DNA of 63,994 bases, the filler included, from Phoronis australis (taxonomy: Eukaryota; Animalia; Phoronida), in NCBI GenBank assembly GCA_002633005.1. It is 7 parts of 7 records of this genome, joined end to end, with 100 filler letters (N's around TTAATTAATTAA, not from the genome) between each part and the next. Parts side by side here need not be neighbours in the genome. Positions count along the whole stretch, not along the records: positions 37,782 to 59,208 come from NMRA01000425.1; positions 59,309 to 62,802 come from NMRA01002988.1; positions 62,903 to 63,994 come from NMRA01000295.1; 4 more parts are not named here. One strand, given 5' to 3'. Each line of letters starts with the position of its first letter. The first letter of the stretch is position 1. The translations under genes and the position numbers were made by a program. Under the pieces are notes generated by a model. The model worked only from the letters and a program-made list of their open reading frames with translations. It had not been told where the DNA came from and did not search any database. Below are positions 50,516 to 63,994 of this stretch, piece after piece.

Positions 50516-51470
50516 CCCTCATGGCCTTTGACCAGTGTCTTCTACAGAAATTCTACATGTCATTTCATCCAAAACAAACTTTTTTATGCCTGCCAAAGTT
50601 GGTATATACATTTACAGTCTTGGTTCCAGACCACTGTAGAAGAAGGAATCATTCCCCTGTCAGGTTTCTGTATTTTGGAATGTTTTTTGAGCCATTTGCC
50701 TAGCTCTACAGGAAGGTACTCCTCTGTTGATGGAATGGACATGGTATGCATTAGGTAAATCTTACACTAAGAGGATTTGCACCAAGTGGACCAGAAAGCG
50801 TGCACTGTTTACCCCTGAGTGTCCAACGAAGTCCCTCGGCATATCTAAGGCTTGATGGTGCAGTCACGGATTGAAGTGAGCCAGTCGCTATTCATGGGCT
50901 TGGCTGAACATGCCGGATGATGTAATTACAGTTGTAAACCAACACACCAGTTTAGCATACAATTTTCAAAGTCAAAAAACAAACAATAAGTAAGGCAAAC
51001 ATGGCTGTTTTTAAAATTTAAAAATAAATAGTAGCCATCTTTGAATTTTTAAAATGGATGCATTACAAGAGGTTTTCTTCAGTATTGCAGGTTAAAGCCA
51101 GAAAGATTAATTTAAGAATTGACTAGGCCGTGTTAGTCACTGTTTGGCCGAGGCTCTCCTTGGCGTTGGGGTAACGAAACCCCTTATGTTAGTGTAGGAG
51201 TTGTCTCATGCAGAAATTCCACGTGTCATTTTCATGTAAAGCAAATTGGTTTTTACGTCTGCCAAAATTAGTGCACATTTTTAATCTTGATTAGAGACCA
51301 CTTTAGAAGAAGGAATCGTTCCCCCACCAGGTTGCTGTGCTGTAGAATGTCTGTTTAGTGATTTGCCCAGCCCTCCATTTTTGAAGTAGGTACTCTCTTG
51401 TCCATTGAGGTTGGGGACATTCCTCCGCCGTACACCCTCTCCCTTTGAGGGCGTGGAGCAGTTCTAGCTC
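50516..51470 (-). pseudogene. Degenerate coding-like segment with an internally duplicated 60-codon module; identity unknown
   Basis: 50540-50730 and 51205-51400 align; both read TF..T..W.GNDSFF.SGL..RL.M.TNFGR.K..ND.WNFC with stops and frameshifts; |gtgagt donor at about 50515. Confidence 0.45.
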
Positions 51471-52533
51471 ACATAAGTCACAAATTTATAGGCCGCGTAT
51501 TCTTTAAAAACAGAATTGGACAGTGTTCTGGAGAACCAATGCATTAGCTTACACTTGTGACAAAAATGATAATTCATCATTCCAACCTCTCAGACCAATC
51601 ACCAGTCAGTGGCCACCATTTTGCTAGGTAATACTAAGTAAGGTCTTGGCATTATACTGGTGAAACATGCCTGCCTTTCACTTGCATAATCTTACTTGGT
51701 ATTGCATGATCTTGCTTTTCTCTCAAGGACCTTGGCCTGGCATTCATGGTTGGAGGGCCAGCTCTCTTTTGTTCGATAATTGCTCTAATCTTCAATAAGA
51801 TCCTATCTATACTGACTGGGCTGTGCTGTTAAAAAGAAAAGTTAAGTTATAACATATTTGAACATAAACCAATAGTCTTTCTGAAATCCTTGGCAAATGG
51901 TGATCATGTTTTATTTTTGAATCGCCAAAATCGCCCTACTGCAACTGAAGTTACGATAATCTATTCTTTCCCAATGTACCAATTCACTCTGGGTTTGATG
52001 GTGTTCATACTGGTCTGTAATAAGCCTGGTAGATAATTGGCCTGCCTGTTGTCATAACAGACAAAAGACTGTGCTTGGCAGTTAAAGAAGGTAGATGTTA
52101 TCACAGGCTCAGAACCCCATGTCTGGTAAAGTCACTGAACGGGGAAAACGCTGTCATGAGGTAGGTCTGTGAATAGTCTTTAATTTCTGCCTGTGATTTA
52201 CGGCTTATCAAGAAAAATGTGGAAAAAATACTATTAATTTTTTATGACAAATCATGAGTTTGAAATTTAGTATGATTTGTAATAATTCTGGCCTACAATG
52301 GACAGCATAAATATGATATTTCAATTTGAAAATGGTTTGAACACCAGACAGGATTCAGCCAACTTGACTATTGTACTAGAGGAATGATGTTGTAAACTGG
52401 TTGAAAAGTTAGCTTTTTCACTCGCAATTCCTCTAGTATTAGCAAAAATCCCAATTATGTGAACGGGGATTTTTCTGACGGTTTGAGTTACCCTGAAACT
52501 GCTTGAATTTTTGCTAGTAATATTTGTAACCAG

Positions 52534-52934
52534 GGCCCGGTCTCCAATCTTTTTACTCGAAATGGAACTCGAAATTAGGTTTGGCATTTTCTACTCTACT
52601 TTTGGGCGAACTCAAGATAAGTGTCTATTATTCTATGCTTGAGTACACAATAACTTACGTAGATAATTTATTGCCCTTAGTTCACAGTTTGTAAACCCAA
52701 TATAAAAGCAATAAGTTCGAGTTTGAACTCGAAATTTCGAGTTTTTACTAGAGTTTGTAGCACGAATATAAGGGTCTTCAAGGGCAAACTTGAACTAGAA
52801 ACTCCTATGCATAAACTATAATGTATTCGAGCACAGTCTGATAACCAATTATCTTAAGTTCGCACAAAAGGAGCAGAGAAATTGCCAAAAATAGTTTCGA
52901 GTTCGTTTCGAGTACAAAGATTAGAGACCGGGTC
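52534..52934. mobile_element. PIF/Harbinger-like MITE (about 400 bp)
   Basis: About 45-bp TIR ggcccggtctccaatcttt / aaagattagagaccgggtc; 3-bp TSD cag. Confidence 0.8.
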
Positions 52935-55075
52935 CAGATTGTTTTACTTCAATGGACTCTGATGCCCTGGGGGACTGAGATCTTTTAGTCAATTGATGGC
53001 AGAAAGTGAAGGTTTTTTTGACATAAATTTTTGCTTAGAAGTGATTCTGGTAGTGAGGAAATAAACTACGATAATTCTGCACTATAGAGCTGTTTACACT
53101 ACACGGAACGAGTTGTTCCTGAGCGCAAGTATGTGTGTAAACGGGACTGAACTGCAGCAAAACTGACACCGCGGTGACAACTTTTGCCACCCGTTTGTGA
53201 GGTAGGGCAATTTGCGCTAGAACATGTTGCTTCGTGTCAATTATGTGTCTAAACACGAAACTGGGGCAAGGCGGAAAAGATCATCTCTACTGCACTTGTG
53301 TAATGACCTAAATACAGGTTCTCTGTCTCTTCAGTTCCCGTCATTTGTAAACCTGCGCTTGTGTGATCCATTCTCCAGCCTACAATTTCCGTCTTGCCAC
53401 AGCGAGTTGTGTGTGTAAGTGGACACTTGACACCGATCAATTTGCTCCGTGTCGGTTGCGCCGGGCCAAAAGTTGATGTCTAAATGGGATTTATTTCAAA
53501 CAAAAAATGCCAAAATAATTGTTTTTCCTTTGCTTAAAGTCTGATTACCTTGAAGCACATAATTGAAACTTAACCAAATGCTGTATGAGATCAACGTAAT
53601 ACAAACCATGCTTAAGTAATGTTATTAATCTTAACTCTTGTAGAGAAATTTGACGAAATAGAATTTTTTGTCAGCCATGCTGTGTGCTAAATATGTGAGG
53701 AATTAAGACTGGTGGTGAAAATGAGCCTTTTCAGACAGCTCGCCTGTCGGGCAAAAATGCTTGCATTTTCACTAGAAGTTTGGCCTATGAAACCCTCTGT
53801 GTAAATGTCATAAAAGTCAGGGGAAGGAATATCTATGTTGATCTCTTTAATCTCCCCCTATTGCCCAGGGACAGTCCTAATCATTCCCTTTGTCAACAGA
53901 ACAAAACCACAGGCTTCCCTAAATCATTATCCCATGTAAACAGAGTGCTTTGACCACATATAGTGTTGTGATAATAGGACTACTGTAGTCAATGCCTGTT
54001 AATGACCCTGACACTTTTCTCTTCACAGCACAAGCCTTGTTTACTTTAATTGAAAAGGAAGCCACTTGCAAGTGCTCTAGTGTTCATGTTGTGAACTGTT
54101 GGTGGGGTGTTGAGTTAGAATTTTGTCATCAGCTATATTTTACAGCATGAGATCAACACCTGATATTTTGCCTGTGGTTAAAGTTGTCATTCATCTGATC
54201 TAGTGGTAAGAACAAATTACAAATTCATGTTAATATTACACAATTATTGTTGCATAATTCAGGAGTGATCTGGCATCTATTATGTAGCATGGGTGGTCTG
54301 TACTTAGTAAAAATGCACTTTTGAGGCTGCCACTGAGAATACAGCCACGAATTTCAGAAAAAAGTAATCAAGTTTTTTTTTTGACACCTGCCTGGGCTGC
54401 CAGGGTTAGTTTTTGATGGTAAAGAAAGAAAGAGTTTTTTTAAATGAAATCTTATGTCACCCTGTTTAGCTGACCAAAACCATATTGAATTTGACCCTGT
54501 ACTCTTGTAAAGTGGGTCTCATTCAGTATCCGTTACTTTGGTAGGATTCTATTTCTGTCACCAACAAGAACACACGAGGCAATGCATATATGCGCCATTT
54601 TTTAATTCACAATTTTAGGGTTGGCCAACCACCAAAGAACTCTGAAGCATTTTCTTGAGTCACTGGTGGATTTGTTGCTGTTCTCTGTAACAAGTAGAAA
54701 TCCATCTCAAAAAGGTATATTTTGAGACCGATTTTTTGTGAGTAAATGCCTAATTTGGTTTTGGTGAAATGCACCGTGGTCTGCGCTTGCTGCACTCGAG
54801 CCAGCCACGTGATTACACATGGAGTCATCAGTGTTTTAATTTCAAGGGCTTGTATGGACAAACTCAATCATTATTTTACTAAATAACCTGCTTTACATCA
54901 CATGACTGAGGAGGCGATGGATTATAGTGGTGTAAATGGGCCCCTGCTGTGTTGAAAATCGCTGCCAGGAACTAGTTTTCACTGAGTAACGGCAATGTCC
55001 GCTAGCCATTTTCAAGAGGGAGACCTGTTTACTCCACTTTTACCAGGCGGTGTACTAAAGTAATTGTATTAGTAG

Positions 55076-55523
55076 TGCTATTCAGACACAGACTTACCCT
55101 AGAACAAGTTACTCCTGGGACAAGTTGTCACTAGGTATGGACGCTGTGTGGACGCTGTTTAATCTACTGTACGGTAGTGACACTAAGGACTCCACCTTAT
55201 CAAGATGGGGTAACTTGTACTAAGGTAACTCGCGCCACTTCTAGTGCCTGTGTGGCCGCAAACCTGGGACAAGGCGGGAGTAACTGTCAGCGCAGTTATG
55301 TACAGACTGGTCTTCTTTTCCACATCGTATTTGCATTAAATGTACATTGTCACACACCGAGCGACAACTTTCGCGTTACGATAGTTATCAGACGCGTGTG
55401 AGCGGATGGTCCACTTAACACTAGTGCAGATAGGGTAGGCTGTGTGTGAAGGGACTTTAGGGAACTCTTACTCTAGAATCTGTACTAAAGCTTCAAACTA
55501 ATGGGATTGTCTGAAAGGATTCA
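55076..55523. mobile_element. Probable Harbinger-like MITE
   Basis: Weak TIR ctattcagaca / tgtctgaaagg; CpG-richer than its flanks; internal subrepeats. Confidence 0.4.
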
Positions 55524-58500
55524 TATAAATCATGTGTTTTGGTTAATGCAACAGTCCTGGCTCAAAAATCTTTAAAAAGTAGAGCAGATACCTGTTGCAC
55601 AAGTACTGTTATTATAACTGTACAGTCATTAATTGTAGCCTTGTGTGCTTCTTACAACAGTATTGAGCTTTATTTTGAGAAATAAGAGACCTCTTTAATT
55701 AAAGTATGATTACTATATCTGATTTCCAAACCATGTGGGGACTTGTCACGTGATCTCCATCTTGATCTCTGCTACTGACCTGATTCACCTGACGCCCAAC
55801 AATGTGGAACTCATCAATATAACTTAAGGAATAAAATTAAAATGACCTCTAAATCGTGAATTTTTGGAATAATTTTTATCTCAGATTTGAAGTACTTTTG
55901 AAAAAAATCTGTAAGATTCTTACCTAACGACCGGAGGACTTAAGTGCCGTTCTACTGTTTGTGCAAGTGTGCGCAGTCACAGTCTTCGTGTCAATGACTC
56001 GTGCTGACCCAGTTTGCAATCTAATGTCATGTAAATGGGCTGTGACAACTCGCAACAGTGATAATTATTCCTCTTGAAAAAACAGCTTTACACAGAGAAT
56101 TAGAGATGAGGTTCAGCGAAATCACACTTCCGTGCTCTTACAATGTTACAATGCGTTATTAGAGTGGTGGAATGTTTCCTATTCATTTATCATATGTTGG
56201 CACCAGACCTTACAAATGATTGGAAATTTGAGCATGAGGGTTGCTTACATCCTGTTCATCTTTGATGAGAGGACATGGAATAGTATGGTGGCCTTGTGGT
56301 TTTGTTCTTATGCCTGCCTTGTACCTCAAACTCATGTTAAACTCAAAATGTTAAAGATATCAACTTTCATGAACATGTGGTGGTCTGTTTACTCTCTATA
56401 ATAACGTCCAAGATGAAGTGTATGAAATTAGCATATCTGTAACCATTCGAACCACATTGATATATTTTCTGGTCTCTGAACTCAACTAGTGTGCCACAGT
56501 CTGTCTTCTCTGTTCCTTCCCTTCCTTATTATTGATAAGTGTATCCTATGAAAACATACAGACCTTATCTTAACTACAGCAACAACAATGCAAGTTTTGA
56601 CCCAGATTCCAACATCTGGCTGAAGAGTTTCTCATTGTTTATTAACAGTTGTTGTTACATTCTCAGAGGACCTTGTGCCCAACCAGCTGGTTGTGAGGAT
56701 TATTTTTAGTCATTTTTACTCAGTTTTACTGTTGTTTAGTTGGCGGGTGTCTCACCATGGCATGTCAATTGGCTTCCTCTCTCTCAGAATTGTGGGTGGA
56801 AAGTAGCACTCAGTGTTTTGTAAGAAGTTCAAGTACACTGCTACCAGAGTGCACTATGTGTTTTCCAGGACTGTACATGTTTACAGTATGTCTAGTTATG
56901 TGCCCATGTTTATTTTCAGATTTTCATGGATCCATTATGTCTGTACAGTTGTTGTTTCCATAATTTAAGGTTGCTTTGGTTTGCATATCCTGTCAGTTTT
57001 ATTTATCATTAAAAATGTTTTTGCTATTTTCTGAAGCTTGACAAAAGATTTCTCTCATTTTGACTCTTGACTTACTGAATGACTGGTCCTCTATTGGCAG
57101 TGTTAAATTTAAACTGACTAAAAGGCTAGTTAACTGCGAATTATTGCAAGGGTCACTTTTTTGGCTGGCGCTTTGCTGTGCAAGAACAACTGAGATGTGG
57201 AATCTTTTCGTGGGGTTACTTTTCTATGTGAATAGTCCAATATAATGTGTCAACATTTTGAGAACCAGTCTTGTCCACTGAATAATGGGCATCAAACTGG
57301 TCCTCAAAATGTGGGCACGTTACATCTGATTATTGCCATTTTCCATTGTTGTCCATCAGATGTTTCATATTACAAAATATTTACTTTTGATATTGTTTTA
57401 GTATTCATGTTACAATGTTGCATAACGTTTGCAGTCCATGCCGTGAATAATATAGGCTTACACGAAAGTCACGCATTTCTAAAGATATGCGTGACTTTTC
57501 ACCGCTCGTCCTTCTGAGCGGCTTTTACCAGGATCTAAGAGAGAGCGGCGCCAGCAGTCGGACTCAGTTGCGATGACTGCATTGTCCGGTGCGAGCAAGA
57601 CCCAATTAATTGTAATTATACCGCACTACAAACTGTAGTTAACACCTCTTCCTGTACTTACTGGCGAATTTTTAAAATGCATTAACCAACACTTTTCATT
57701 AAAAACAAATACCACAGCTGTCTTCAGATGGTAAAAACAACCAAGTTTGGTTTTCGATTTTTAAAAATCGATGAACTATTAAGCTAAAAACTACTAACAT
57801 TGGATACGATTGAAGATGAACGACTGTGCGTATTGATATACTCAGTGATTTACAAACGCTGATCAGAGTTAACAATATCACGTGGATTATTCTTTTAATA
57901 TACAACTAAGCTACGTTGAAACATCTATAAACATCACACAGTGTCTTAAGTTAGATGTCAATAACTTTTAAAACATCGCTTATGGCCCAATGCATGCCGA
58001 ACTACTTTGGAGTAGTACACTAACCGGAAAACTGTTATTCGCGGAAGTGCGCCAATTTTGATAGTTAGCTTGTAGGTGTAATGGAATAAGCGTTTTGTGT
58101 TTAGAACTCGAAAAATCACAAGTCTAAACAACACAGTTCTAAGTTCTCCTGTCTGTATCTCACGGAAAATACTTCGATATTATCTCCGAACAAACCTCAA
58201 ACTCCTGCTACGGACCTTATTGGCCTGCCGAACTTTGTAGGCTACGGTGTGTCCAAATATCAATAAATCCGTAAGAGCGAAATAAAACAACACGTTTTTA
58301 TAAGAACTCGGTGTGTTTTTAAGGCTTTTACATCGAAGTTTGATGATTTATTGGTGTTAAACGATGACTTCAAGCAACAAGCTGACAATAGTAACCCGTG
58401 TTGTGAACTGCTGAACAGACTGCGTGTGAAACCAATGACGTCATTGGATAATTTCAACACCTCCGTCTGCCGTCAGGTGTCAGGTAACGCAACCGTACGT

Positions 58501-58603
58501 GTCGTTATGGAGTAGAACTACTCCATCTAAATTGATACAAATTAGGTTGTTTTTTGAGTGACATGCTCCTTTAACTCTGTGCAAATGCCAGAGAAAAACA
58601 ATA

Positions 58604-59208
58604 GGCCTTTTGCGAGTTTATAACAATAACGCGAGATTATGTGAGACTTAACTGTGACGTCACGGGAAGTGGGGCAAAAGCTTGTCGTTTGGTCATTTGC
58701 CCAATACGGTAGCAGAGTGTATTCTGTTATTGTCTTCGAGTTTTTAGCCGTTTAGTTCGAAAAATGTCCAAAAGCATTGCTGTTATGGCAAATGAACTTC
58801 AGATTCGCACTACAGTACGTTCTATCGCGTTCTGTACTAATTGCGTCCCGTGTATTTTAAACGGCGGTAGGCGAAATCCGCTCACTGATAAAGTTTTCTT
58901 TCTGCTTCTAAACATATCTTCGATGAAGCATATATACGGGAATTCAGGTGACTTTGGCGAAGAATTCCAACTCCACTTTGTGGTTACAGTTAACTTTGTC
59001 CGCGCGCGATAACCACAATTAAGTATTTCAAATGAGTCAGGTGAGTATGAGGCAAAGGCTAGCGCGAGACTGAGCGAAGCGCGAGATCTGGCGCGTGACC
59101 TGGCGCGTGACACTTGCAAAATAGCATGAGAAAATATCACGTGAAATTTGTAAGATTTGTGTCCCTTGGACTTTTTGTTCGTCAACAGGCGTGATTTCAC
59201 GTAACTTC
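58604..59208 (+). mobile_element. Possible ISL2EU/Harbinger-group remnant with THAP-like start, cut by gap
   Basis: ta|GGCC terminus; frameshifted MS-KHCCYGK*TSDSHY at 58764-58812 resembles THAP-like N-termini. Confidence 0.4.
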
Positions 59209-62200
59209 NNNNNNNNNNNNNNNNNNNNNNNNNNNNNNNNNNNNNNNNNNNNTTAATTAATTAANNNNNNNNNNNNNNNNNNNNNNNNNNNNNNNNNNNN
59301 NNNNNNNNGACCTTTACTCAAGCAAAATCGGTCTCATAAGATTCATTACCGCGATAGAATTCGTTAGTAATTCGTTGTCTTCATTATCCAACTTATTAGT
59401 CAAAGATACTTATATATAGGTGTAACTGTAATATCTTTGGTTATATGTTATGTCAGAAAAGCACCCCTGCCCGATTCATAGGCCTACCAACACGGAGAGT
59501 AATACTACGCTAGGTGGAAAGGCAAAAGGTGGCGTACTTTCTCCATGCAGACACGTTTTACTTCGTAAACCAACACTGGCGCATGATCTTGACCCATTCG
59601 ATCAGAATATCTCCACATGTAACCAGATACAGTATTTTCAGACAAAAAGGGCACGGCCTTGACGAGTTGCATCAAAAGCAATGCCACGTGACCATTTCCC
59701 CTTCTGATTACTCGCATTCTGCTTCACATTCTCGCAAATTGTTCCTATGCCGAACTATTTTGGGTTGAAATGCCGATTTTGTTTTGCCATCTCGTGGACG
59801 AGACAGTCTCGCCACCTGGTGGCTGCATGCGAACACGACCAAAACGGAAAAATTGGAGGAGTTACGCGAAATTTTTCCTTTTTGAAAACTGCGGTTGCCC
59901 TCTTGAGACCTCCTAGATCCGGTCCGCCACTGATACTGGTCTCAGAAGTGTGCTTGAGGTTGGAGTTCATACGTAGTGAATTTGTTCATCTTCATTATTT
60001 TACTTACCAAGCGCTGTCCAAGTGTCCCTTGTCAGCAGCCCACAAGTGCCACTCCAACATCGCCTGCCCCCAGCTGTGCGCACGAGCCCTTTGACCAATC
60101 TTAAAAGCATGTCACCAAATTCCAGATTTAACTGAGTTTGATTGCATTAGGCAAACGTTTTGTCGCGATAGCTGTTTAACTCGTCTTATCGCTGGCAGGA
60201 AAATGGCCACAAATCTAATGTAATTTACAAAACAATAACATGACCCACGCGCTATGAAAGAGGCCGAAAAAAACGTCCTCTGAACACAGGGTTATTAAAT
60301 CGTCAACTTGACGAATTATATTAGCTCTCTGTATCAGTCCATCAAGTAGGCACGCGAGCGCGTGGGACCCCCGTGGACTTTGTTTTTCTATATGTTTTTC
60401 TATCTGCACGCAGCTCGCCAATTACCCTAAATTGTTTTTTGTCTTAATCAATGGAGTTTAGTCAGAAACCACAAGCTGTTGAGGAATCTTTAGAAAGGAC
60501 GAAAGGTAAACAGTGTAGTTTTGAAGAGAAAACAATCCACGCACAACAAAGTTGTCTATACAGTTTGAGTGAGATACTCCAGCTTGGCCCTGCTTTGTGT
60601 GCTTTCGTGCAATACATGTGTCTTTTTCAATCAGATGCGTGGGTGTCACTTCGTTGTTCATTAATGTTGGAGCGTTTTTGAGGTGTTCAAATGACAGTGT
60701 CAGTTGTACCTTTGTTTCGACTGCTTATTTTAATGATGAAACACGGCAATCTACCCCCGGGAAATGAACTTTTAAAAGTGCATACTATATTTCAACTGTC
60801 TGTCCCTCAGGTTCTCCCAAAGCAAACAAATTAGAATACACTGGAAATTATCGATAACTCTCACTTTTCCGGTATAAAATTAGATTTATTAAGCCAGGGT
60901 CCGGCCCAACCCTCCAATTATTGTAGTCGGGTGGTCGCCTCGTGCCGGCGGGAGACATCTAGCGACAGTTGTTCCACTTTGTCCCAAGTTGTTATTCTTT
61001 GATAGACACTGGTTACTGGGTGCACCGGTTCAAAGACAATAGCCCCTGCTTAACAATAGCGTCGACAAATGCATTACACGTGCCTCCTGAGATTTGGCGA
61101 AATGCACACCTTCGATAACAATAATTGTCCCTTCTTAGAACTGTAATTGCTCGAGATTTTACGATAGCAATAGTTGCCAGTTGCATGAGGCTTTCACAAC
61201 GTGCTTACGCAGGCCTACTAGTGCAAACCGAAACCTATTATGAAATTCTTACGTCGGTATCGTGTTTGAAAACATTTTTAATGTTCCTTTCCATACGTTT
61301 CGCAGAAATTTACTTCTGTTTTTTTTCCTGACCAGGTAACCCCTTTCAATACCTGTGGGTGCAGCAATATGGAAAAACCGATTAAATACATAGATGTCGT
61401 AGACGATATGGCTTAGTAGTTTTGAAAAAGCTTCCGAGAATATATATGTTTGGGATACTAAGAATTATAAATTTGTTAAAAATATTCTTTTCTACTTATC
61501 CCCTCTTTGAAGCCGTTTTTGTTTGCTGTCGGTACTTGAACAATAACTAGGCTTGTAGGACGTTCCTTTTCACATCGCGGAATTTGTTGCTTTCTTTATG
61601 GTCTCGTTCCAGCATCCGGGCCAGTCGGCTTCGTGCATGCCGAAAATCCAGCCATTAGGTTTCTGACTTCCAATTTGGACAGTCTATGAAATTATAAATG
61701 TTATGTCGTTACCCAACGGACATCAATATGGAATTAAAAAGAATTATTGTAATTAAGAGGTCCAATCTGTACCCGTGTTGAAAGAGACAACCTTCGTTAC
61801 TGAATGCCATGTTTCTGATTCCTCATGAGCCAGCAGAGGTCGTAGCTGTATAACCTCTGCTATGGTGATAGTCGTGTTTCTTTAGTACTAAATTCAGAGT
61901 GTTGCCGATGTCTGGAAAATATGAATAATTTGCTCTTTACATTCAAAAACGTGTGTTATTTTTGTGTGACTTCTAATGTTAGTTTCCTGCAGAAAGGTGC
62001 AATGAATTTGATTGAATGTGAAGAACTAGCTAACTCAAATGGACGCATAGTGTACAAGTAAGATAAATGTATTATTTGACTAAAAATGGAGTGGCTTCGG
62101 GTAGTCCTTAAAAGTGAGACATCAGTGCTAAGAATCGTAAAAGGTGTGTTCTGCAGCAATTTGTTCATAAAAAAACGCGTTTTGCTGTTGAAACGATCGA

Positions 62201-62902
62201 AACGAGCAAACAAGTCGCACGATTGTTTAAAGGGACATTGTCCGCCAGGTAAGCGATCGTTTTCTGCGGTCAGCCTCAGCCCGAAATCGAGCCTGGAACC
62301 GGCGTCCGGTGCTGCCGCAGTCCTTGTGCTCTGCTAGCGGCGTAAACCCCCGCTCGATTAATAGCCGCGTACTTAAATAGAAACCTCGTTCCAACCTCCA
62401 ACTGGCGTTTCGCAAGCCTAAAATACAATCAAGTGACAATTGTTTGGAAATTCACGTGAGTTGGCTAACGTGATGGGGGTCGTATCGGCATTGCGCATTT
62501 ACTACGAACTGACAATCGGCGCACTACACCCAGACTACCAAGCGGACAATAACACGAAGTTAAAAGTAAAATTTATTGTGATGGGGCAACTAATTTGTGC
62601 CCATGTTGAAAGGGAACATACTTTGCTGCTAAGTTACTTGACGTCATTTTACGACCAATCATGACCCACAACAGATCTGAGCTGCGTAGTCGGCATGCGC
62701 ACTGGTATCCTTTTTAGTCACTTGAAAAGTCTCTCGCTTTGAGTTTAGCAAATATCTGGCAGAATTAGCGATTTGTAATAGAATCACAAACAATAGTCCC
62801 CANNNNNNNNNNNNNNNNNNNNNNNNNNNNNNNNNNNNNNNNNNNNTTAATTAATTAANNNNNNNNNNNNNNNNNNNNNNNNNNNNNNNNNNNNNNNNNN
62901 NN

Positions 62903-63046
62903 TGCCTCCTAAAACGTCACTTCCGGAAAAGCGGACGAGTAATTAATAAAATTACGAAAAGCTGTAATTAAGTGAAAAATATGTCTAGGATAACCAACCA
63001 ACCTTATTTTAGCTCAAAATGACATGGAAAAAGGTTGCCTTCGCCT
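62903..63046. mobile_element. Right TIR of another copy of the inner Kolobok-like family, truncated by gap
   Basis: High identity to 27930-28073; ends ggttgccttcgcct|ttaa. Confidence 0.9.
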
Positions 63047-63994
63047 TTAAGGCTATGTTGTGTCACATCGGAAAAGTGTTCGAATTTGGCTTCATTCGAA
63101 AAATCACATCTTAGGAATGGCTAATCGGATTCATGCGAAATTTGTGCTTAAACTCTACAAAGAGTTCGAGGAATTGCTTTAAAATGTCCCACTTTTGCAC
63201 GAAGGGACATCAAAAATATGACTTTGATGATTTGGTTAATAAAGTCATAAGTTGCTTAAATAGAAGCGAAGTGACAGTTGAGGAAACGGTTTCAGTGTTT
63301 TCGAGATTTCAACTGAAACTTTCATATCAAGCGTATTTTGTCGTTGTTGTCGTGGTTTCTCTATGAACGTACGTTTCCCTTTTGGCAAATATTAACGAAA
63401 TAAAAGGTCATGACACCCAATCAATAGGAGATTGGTATCTAGTTAAAAATTCTAAAGGCCTTCTACTTCCAGTAGATAATGTCTACAGTTTTGCAAATAT
63501 GTGCTAAGTGACATTAAACTTATTTTTAAACCTATTGGTTATTATTAGAGCAAAATATAAGCACCTATTAGTGACGGCAGTACGTTTTTACAGTAACTGT
63601 TGACGATAACAGTGGCTCCTGGCGATAACTTCGATTGGACCGGAGTTAAGCGTTCATACTGACCGCAACTCCGCAAACCATCGACGCGTCAACGTTAGTA
63701 TGAAAGACCCTATAGAAAAGAATTAAATATTAAATTCAGAATGTTTGAGACCGAAAACTTGCCGAAGACAGCATCATGCTTGAGAAATTTATGAATACAT
63801 TCAGTTATTGATCGAAAAAAATACCTCTTCATTTTTGCTTCTGACAAACTTCTTTTCGGGATTCTTGTTGGATGTAATAGACTCCTTAAAATTATTAGGT
63901 TTCACCAGAGCTATCAACAACAAAACCCGTTGCATGATTTTTACATAACTGTAAGTCTACTGAAGACGGACGAGCCTGTACAAAATGAAAAAAA

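Noticed and set aside
57950-58574. Additional Kolobok-like MITE bounded by TTAA
   Set aside because: The right end looks typical (tgacatgctcct-ttaa) but the left TIR match is too weak to assert.

Overview
AT-rich animal (probably marine invertebrate; species not determinable from sequence) genomic scaffold with six 100-nt assembly gaps (N44-TTAATTAATTAA-N44). It is not prokaryotic, and most of the supplied ORF track is noise. One complete protein-coding gene can be assembled by hand: a 7-exon minus-strand tetraspanin (30231->9207, 321 aa, all GT-AG phase-0 introns, 6-Cys CCG/PxxCC/GC large loop, long C-tail). The rest is a dense mosaic of transposon remnants: two Penelope-like RT/GIY-YIG fragments, a solo LTR with 5-bp TSD, a Gypsy-like 5' remnant whose apparent LTR is a fold-back, nested Kolobok-like THAP elements at TTAA, an inverted pair of Crypton-like non-autonomous elements whose terminal hairpin is flipped between copies, hAT- and Harbinger-like MITEs, a LINE 3' end, SINE heads, several minisatellites and a 306-bp near-perfect palindrome. 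A CpG-poor domain at about 40-57 kb contains splice-bounded but stop-ridden exon-like pieces (probable pseudogene or lncRNA). No convincing wholly new biological system is demonstrated. The best leads are unusual mobile-element architectures and a possible circRNA-promoting arrangement around the tetraspanin large-loop exons.
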